Source: a virus | Lineage: Duplodnaviria > Caudoviricetes | IMG/VR virus record: IMGVR_UViG_3300014697_000001 | Span: 186,516 to 250,515 of that record | Direction: 5' to 3' (one strand) | DNA: 64,000 bases | Shown: positions 59,028-64,000 of the stretch, piece after piece | Position numbering within the stretch: position 1 is the stretch's first letter | How the letters are laid out: every line of letters begins with the position of its first letter | Program-made: the position numbers and the translations under genes | The notes under the pieces: model-generated | The model's database searches: none | The model's input: the letters and a program-made list of their open reading frames with translations, nothing else | What the model was told of the DNA's origin: nothing

Positions 59028-59250
59028 AGGGTATGAGAAGTACCCCGATTCCAAGTTTGGAGGGGGTTGTGTCATGGGTGGTGGTGGATAGGGTCTCAGC
59101 ATCCCTGTCAAGGAACTTCCCCCAGGTAGTCACTACTTGCGACACGATCCCCTCCTCCTAACAGGGGGCTCCTTCAGAAGAGCCTATCTACCTCTGCTCG
59201 ACCGTACCCTCCCCGTCGGTACCCATGGTCGACTGTCGAGAGCCCCCGCC
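59028..59250 (+). ncRNA. Candidate structured RNA (unknown family)
   Basis: 15-bp stem 59059-59073/59141-59155 with G-U pairs and nested hairpins; second domain closed by GGGGGCTC/GAGCCCCC. Confidence 0.45.
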
Positions 59251-59280
59251 TATTCTGCTGTATAACTGGAGGTCCTCCCA

Positions 59281-59808
59281 ATGAAGATGTTTGTCGGTAC
59301 CAAGATTCTCAAAGCCCGTCCCATGACCCTTGGTGATTACAACGATTATCGCGGCTGGTCTCTTCCTGATAACGAGGACGGGTCCTCGGCAGGCTACCTG
59401 GTCGAATACTTGGACGGTGGTAAGCCGAACGATGAACGCCACAGTGGCTATATCAGCTGGAGTCCAGCTGTACAGTTCGAAATGGCTTACATCGATCTGG
59501 CTGACGATGCGATCCAGGCCCTTACAGGGGACCTGATCCTGGACGATCTACCGCCTCACCTGACACGACTTCTAGCCGAACGCGCGCAGCTGGCAGATCG
59601 ACTGGTTAAGTTGAAAGCATTCATCGACCTACAGACGGCTCATCATAACAACGATGGGGATCTCGATCAGACCATCGCTGATAAGCTCAAGACTGTGCCA
59701 AAGGTACCCCATGCCCAATGGCGCCTACTGGTCGAACAGTCGCTGATCATGACCCAGCTCCTGTCTGTCCTTGATAAACGAGTGGTAGCCACCACCACTG
59801 CCCAGTAA
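59281..59808 (+). CDS. Two-domain phage protein (GYLVEY/SWSP domain plus helical hairpin domain)
   Basis: GTK..ARPMT.G.Y...GYLVEY...YISWSP..F..AY, followed by a PPH..RL..E..QL..R..KL..F helical domain. GGAGG RBS. Confidence 0.75.
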   Translation: MKMFVGTKILKARPMTLGDYNDYRGWSLPDNEDGSSAGYLVEYLDGGKPNDERHSGYISWSPAVQFEMAYIDLADDAIQALTGDLILDDLPPHLTRLLAERAQLADRLVKLKAFIDLQTAHHNNDGDLDQTIADKLKTVPKVPHAQWRLLVEQSLIMTQLLSVLDKRVVATTTAQ

Positions 59809-59959
59809 AGGTCAGTATGATCCCTCCTCCCCGCTGCCATGATACGGACAGCGGGGACTTATGTCTGGTAAACGCGCGGAACAGCACGACGCCAGTATCT
59901 ATTCGCCAAACATTGAAGGACCAGATCAGGTCTAACACAAGGTAGCTAAGGGGTAATTA

Positions 59960-60352
59960 ATGCAGTATTTCATTCTCCATCCGGTTCTTACCAATGCGTT
60001 CTCAGACAGCAATGAGCTGCTTCGTCGGTTCATGTGCATCGGTGATTCATTTCCGGCTGTCCTTGAACTAGGTGCCGTGAAGCTCAAGTCTGATGAATCG
60101 GATGAAGATGGCGAGGGCCTTGCCGAACTGGTACTGTCGGTCGAGGTCGTCAGTGTCAGCCGGGAACACAATGCAGTCATGGAGAAGATCGTCAGGCGAT
60201 TCGGGTGGGACCTAGAACCTAAAGTGAAGGAGGATGCCAGTGCAGCGTCCATGGTCGCCTGCTTATTGAAAGCAGAACGTTTCGATGTACTCGAACAAAT
60301 TGTCGAAGGTCGGATGGCTTCCGTGAGTGAACTGTCCACGGTAATCTGCTAA
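59960..60352 (+). CDS. Hypothetical protein
   Basis: 130 aa, AAGGGG RBS. Confidence 0.7.
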   Translation: MQYFILHPVLTNAFSDSNELLRRFMCIGDSFPAVLELGAVKLKSDESDEDGEGLAELVLSVEVVSVSREHNAVMEKIVRRFGWDLEPKVKEDASAASMVACLLKAERFDVLEQIVEGRMASVSELSTVIC

Positions 60353-60414
60353 CATAGCCCACCATGGTCCTGAATGGATCGTGGTGGGACTTATGTCCAT
60401 TCGGAGAGATAGAC

Positions 60415-60900
60415 ATGGTTAAATTATTCAAAACGGTTTACAGGCGGTTTCAATATTGGCATGGACATCGAGTTGGATATAAGAAAGGTCTGGCACAAGC
60501 CAAAGTGCTCGCAGAACTGATCGAACGTTTCGGAACATTTGGCGATATCCCGACTCGAGAGTTTCGGGCAATGGGCGACATGGCTGAGGAAATGGCGCAG
60601 CGTCAACGTCTCCTGATTGCCATCGATACCCTCTCCCTCGTACTCGAGCGACTAGGAATGTCAGGGATACCTAACCTCAGTCTAGCGACCGCCCAATTCC
60701 TAGCCCTCGATCCTACCGGGACCTACAACGAAAACTTAAAGGTCATCATGCAGTCGTCTTCGGTGTTTAAAGCACTGGTCGATCATGCAGTCGTCACCGA
60801 TGATCTTGACAAGCAGCTCCTGGATGAACGTCTACAGCAGTTTAACATGACGCCGGTTTACTACCAGCTTTGTGAAAACAGCTACTACCTCGTCGACTGA
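60415..60900 (+). CDS. Hypothetical protein
   Basis: 161 aa from ATG 60415 with GGAG RBS; followed by a hairpin at 60904-60941. Confidence 0.7.
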   Translation: MVKLFKTVYRRFQYWHGHRVGYKKGLAQAKVLAELIERFGTFGDIPTREFRAMGDMAEEMAQRQRLLIAIDTLSLVLERLGMSGIPNLSLATAQFLALDPTGTYNENLKVIMQSSSVFKALVDHAVVTDDLDKQLLDERLQQFNMTPVYYQLCENSYYLVD

Positions 60901-60981
60901 TACATAGGTCCCTCTTAGCACTTAGCTAAGAGGGACCTATGTCAGTACGCTTTCTTATTTGGATTCCAATATTTTTCAACC

Positions 60982-61024
60982 ATACATGATAGCGGTGAAC
61001 CTACCCACGATCTAAGGAGATCGA
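60982..61024 (+). repeat. 43-bp direct repeat, copy 1 (promoter plus leader plus RBS)
   Basis: ATACATGATAGCGGTGAACCTACCCACGATCTAAGGAGATCGA, identical to 62454-62496. Confidence 0.95.
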
Positions 61025-61025
61025 C

Positions 61026-61616
61026 ATGATTCGTAAAAGTAATTTGATGGCCATCCAGAATGAAATCAGTAATTTTGCTGATGGTCACACAGTCGTGTTC
61101 AACGATGAGACGTCTTTGGTCGCTCACGGCGCCCTAGAGACAATCACTACGGCTGGCATCGATGTAAGCGCCACGTTGTTCGCCAAGATTGCTAAAGCAA
61201 TTGGCAACACCATTCAGACCAAGAAAGGTCGTCGCTTCATGTATTATCGTCACGATGTGACGATCTATGAGGGGACCAATCTCGGAAAAGAGATGGTGGA
61301 TGGCTTGTGGGTATATCCCTTCAAGAGCATCAAGGCTCGTCTTGAGATCATGGGAGATCGTCGCGATATTCGCCTGCCGGAAGTCAAGACAGTTGTCGAG
61401 GAAATAAAGGACGAGAAGGTTGTTAAGACTTTCGATAACCTGACCGAAGAACAGGCCGCCTTCGAGGCCCGCTGTAAGGCAGCTGATTGGTACTACGATT
61501 ATAGCGATGACATCAATGTATTCCGCCGTGGTCGTGACCAATGCAATGGTCTTAAAGTAGAAGCCACCGAAAAGGGGGGAGTGTACTTGGATATATATGA
61601 GTACTACTCTAAGTAG
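61026..61616 (+). CDS. Hypothetical early protein
   Basis: 196 aa; C-terminal DWYYDYSDD motif of a kind common in phage proteins. Confidence 0.8.
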   Translation: MIRKSNLMAIQNEISNFADGHTVVFNDETSLVAHGALETITTAGIDVSATLFAKIAKAIGNTIQTKKGRRFMYYRHDVTIYEGTNLGKEMVDGLWVYPFKSIKARLEIMGDRRDIRLPEVKTVVEEIKDEKVVKTFDNLTEEQAAFEARCKAADWYYDYSDDINVFRRGRDQCNGLKVEATEKGGVYLDIYEYYSK

Positions 61617-61709
61617 ACATAATGAGGGAGGGGAGGCGCGCCTCCCCTCTTTTTTTGTACCTGTTCCTATGGATTTATTTTATAACGAGATCGATTAAGG
61701 GTATTTGAC

Positions 61710-62336
61710 ATGAAAAGAAATTATTTCCATGGATCTGATAAGAAGTTGACAATACTTAAGCCTGTTGGTGTAAATATGGGATATAGGTGGTCTAAACCAG
61801 AGTGGGCTATATATTTTTGGGGTGATTATGATAAGGCATCTTTTTGGTCAGTTTACCAATATGCTAGAAGAAACACCAAGATAAAAACACTTTACCACAT
61901 ACCCACTGGCGAGTTTGCCATAATGGAAAAAGATAGGAAAGAACTTAATCGCCTACTTAAAGGTAAAGCAACCTATGTTTACAGTAAACGACTACCTGTT
62001 CTTTCAATGGGGTTTGGATCGAGCCCAGATATAGAAGAATACACGTACAGTAAGGAAGTAATCCCCGATTCTATACATGAAATCATTATAGATTCTAACG
62101 TACTCGATAAATCATCTATCTCCATGACAGATCTTGAATTTAAGACTTATCATCAGGAGTTAATAGATGGTAAATACCGTGGTGGAAGAGGATTCCTTTT
62201 CAGACTTATAATGGATTCTGAAAAGGATATGATCAGACACAAATATAACGAGAAGGTTAAGAATGGGGAACTTTCTCCAGGTGATGATCTTTCCGAAGTA
62301 TCGTTGGAGTCATTACCATCTTCATTCAGATGGTGA
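61710..62336 (+). CDS. AT-rich putative ADP-ribosyltransferase-fold protein with C-terminal SLESLPSSFRW tag
   Basis: YFHGS, IYF, YVY and EEY pattern resembling H-Y-[E/D] ARTs such as Arr; markedly low GC. Confidence 0.55.
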   Translation: MKRNYFHGSDKKLTILKPVGVNMGYRWSKPEWAIYFWGDYDKASFWSVYQYARRNTKIKTLYHIPTGEFAIMEKDRKELNRLLKGKATYVYSKRLPVLSMGFGSSPDIEEYTYSKEVIPDSIHEIIIDSNVLDKSSISMTDLEFKTYHQELIDGKYRGGRGFLFRLIMDSEKDMIRHKYNEKVKNGELSPGDDLSEVSLESLPSSFRW

Positions 62337-62453
62337 TAAATAGTGAGGAGGGCAACTGCCCTCCTCACTATGTCGTTAAGCCTTAACTTCAGGTGTTTCT
62401 TTTTTGTATTTCACCTACTATTAACACAGACTTGATTCCAATTTATTACAACG

Positions 62454-62496
62454 ATACATGATAGCGGTGAACCTACCCACGATCTAAGGAGATCGA
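62454..62496 (+). repeat. 43-bp direct repeat, copy 2
   Basis: Identical to 60982-61024. Confidence 0.95.
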
Positions 62497-62497
62497 T

Positions 62498-63220
62498 ATG
62501 TACAATCAAAACAAGTTCCATCATGATAACAACGACAACGTGATCGTAACCGACGATGAAGGTCTGGAAATCAACTACGGTCGACTGAGGCTGATCAGCA
62601 CTGAGTCGGGTATGATGTTCGTGACCGACCTTCGCAATTATGGGGATATGGTCGAAATCTTCATGAAGGATTCGCTCTCCATGGAGCCATTCGATGGGCG
62701 GGCTAATTTCCACCTTACCATCGAAATCGGTGAGCGAGGGGAAAGCAACTTCGTACGTCTATGGCCGGTGCTCAATGAGGATGTCGATCGCCTCTGTCGA
62801 GTGCTGACCGTGGAAACAGGTAACATCGTCGAGGTGTCGAACGAAGGTCATGTCTTGGCGACTTATGACCGCCACGAGTTGAAGGAACAGTCTCACAACC
62901 TGGACCACTTCGATAGCGAAGCCACTCCAGATGTCCTCGAGGCCACTACCTGGCCTCGACTGGAAATGGACTTCGACCTCGCGGCGAAGATCCTCAGTGA
63001 GTCCATCCGTGACGAACTGCGCGATCACGCATTCGGCGATAAGGAGATCTATTGGCGCAACAACTACGGTCACCAAGTTGCTACCGGTTACGTAGGGTCT
63101 AGTGGTGCCGAGTGTGGTATGGCTGGTTTTGATGTCTCATTCAGTGAAGCTGAAGCACGAGAACTTGCTAAGCTTGGCACACTGGGTCAGGTTGAACGAA
63201 ACGATTCGCTCGACGATTAA
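62498..63220 (+). CDS. Acidic hypothetical early protein
   Basis: 240 aa; starts directly after the repeat's AAGGAG RBS. Confidence 0.8.
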   Translation: MYNQNKFHHDNNDNVIVTDDEGLEINYGRLRLISTESGMMFVTDLRNYGDMVEIFMKDSLSMEPFDGRANFHLTIEIGERGESNFVRLWPVLNEDVDRLCRVLTVETGNIVEVSNEGHVLATYDRHELKEQSHNLDHFDSEATPDVLEATTWPRLEMDFDLAAKILSESIRDELRDHAFGDKEIYWRNNYGHQVATGYVGSSGAECGMAGFDVSFSEAEARELAKLGTLGQVERNDSLDD

Positions 63221-63300
63221 GAAAGAGGGTGACGGTTAGTCCGTCACCCTTTCTTTTTTCTTTGGTATCGGTATGAACATAACCCACACGGTCACGCATC

Positions 63301-63867
63301 ATGATCTCCATGGAATCTTCCAAGAAGACCTGGCACCCTGACTTCACCCCATCCTTCACACCTGAAGAGATGTTGAAGATGGGTGTCTTTGAAGGCAAGT
63401 ACATCAACATCATCAAGGGTATCCCCGCCGCTTGGAAGAACCTCCCCAAGGTAGTCGGCCCTAAAGACCCTCCAAACGTAGAACTTAACTACTACAAGGT
63501 CAAGTCCCGCCAACCCCTGTCAGCATGGAAGAAGAACGGCTGGATCATGACCGATGAGGGTGGTTGGTTTCACTGGTACTGTCTGTATTACTTGGGTCGT
63601 CGCCTGGGTAAAGAAGATGACAAGCAGGTGGCACGTTGGAAGAGCTTTGTTGCGCGCCACATGGGGCAAGTCAGTGCGGCCTGCGACCTGAAGACCGCGT
63701 CCTGCCACACCAAGCAACGTCAGGGCCTGCTGCAATGGGGTTGGGATTCGACGACCTCCTTCACCGACCAGCAGCGTGAAAAGAACCTCAAGCGTATGCT
63801 TCAGAAGACAGGCACAGCTGTAGATGATGCCTCTCTGGAAAGCTTGCCTCCTGCATTTAAGTGGTGA
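63301..63867 (+). CDS. Conserved protein of unknown function with N-terminal SME and C-terminal SLESLPPAFKW
   Basis: TPEEML.MGVFEG.Y, GWFHWYC.YY.GRR and QRQ.LLQW motifs; TATG late-type motif upstream. Confidence 0.8.
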   Translation: MISMESSKKTWHPDFTPSFTPEEMLKMGVFEGKYINIIKGIPAAWKNLPKVVGPKDPPNVELNYYKVKSRQPLSAWKKNGWIMTDEGGWFHWYCLYYLGRRLGKEDDKQVARWKSFVARHMGQVSAACDLKTASCHTKQRQGLLQWGWDSTTSFTDQQREKNLKRMLQKTGTAVDDASLESLPPAFKW

Positions 63868-63901
63868 TCATAGAGCCAGGGCATTGCCCTGGCTCTATGC
63901 C
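63868..63901. terminator. Hairpin terminator
   Basis: CATAGAGCCAGGGC-ATT-GCCCTGGCTCTATG. Confidence 0.75.
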
Positions 63902-63967
63902 CGATTCGAATTGACTGTAGTGATACATGATAGTCGTGAATAATCCAGTATCTAAAGGAGATACATC

Positions 63968-64000
63968 GTGGCAAAATTCATGAACGCTGAACTTATAGCC
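63968..64000 (+). CDS. Start of an early gene, truncated by the window
   Basis: GTG after AAGGAG, with the GATACATGATAGTCGTGAA promoter motif upstream. Confidence 0.6.
   Translation, partial: MAKFMNAELIA

Noticed and set aside
59164-59250. tRNA, tmRNA or 4.5S RNA (GGGGGCT...AGCCCCC-GCC ends)
   Set aside because: No T-loop GTTCRA, no D or anticodon arms, no SRP core motif. Kept only as an unknown structured RNA.
60982-62496. CRISPR array or att sites
   Set aside because: Only two copies, 1.47 kb apart, each a promoter-RBS unit; no cas gene or integrase in the window.
1-64000. Genome-wide stop-codon reassignment
   Set aside because: Core genes are full length in the standard code and end in TAA, TGA or TAG.

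Overview
This window is a ~55% GC segment of a nucleus-forming, phiKZ-like jumbo phage (Chimalliviridae-type). From left to right it holds: virion/baseplate genes and the terminase large subunit; accessory early genes; PhuZ tubulin; a tandem array of about ten small, overlapping, apparently paralogous genes; the family-B DNA polymerase subunit; the conserved phage-nucleus block (chimallin, non-virion RNAP subunits including the NADFDGD subunit, SbcD/Mre11 nuclease, ChmC-like, gp68-like, PicA/Imp1-like, gp70-like); an SF2 helicase with a class 3 intein; an HD hydrolase; a free-standing GIY-YIG endonuclease; a 970-aa repeat protein; a virion RNAP beta' fragment; and a right-hand accessory region (Ntn-hydrolase, macrodomain, CX5R phosphatase, ART-like genes). 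phiKZ gene numbers are assigned from remembered synteny and motifs, not from database searches. The strongest unexplained signals are five. (1) Three unrelated proteins share a C-terminal tag, E-x-x-P-[PS]-[SA]-F-[KR]-W-stop; in two it follows an S-L-E head-protease-type site, suggesting a modular capsid-packaging/ejection signal. (2) A T-TTT-TTC slippery site with a downstream hairpin would fuse the 527-aa ORF to the next ORF by -1 frameshifting. (3) The homing endonuclease insertion supplied a recoded 3' end for its target gene and left the original end stranded. (4) A catalytically dead, acidified GIY-YIG domain is fused to another domain next to phuZ. (5) There are two structured non-coding regions. 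I recognised no tRNA, rRNA or CRISPR array.
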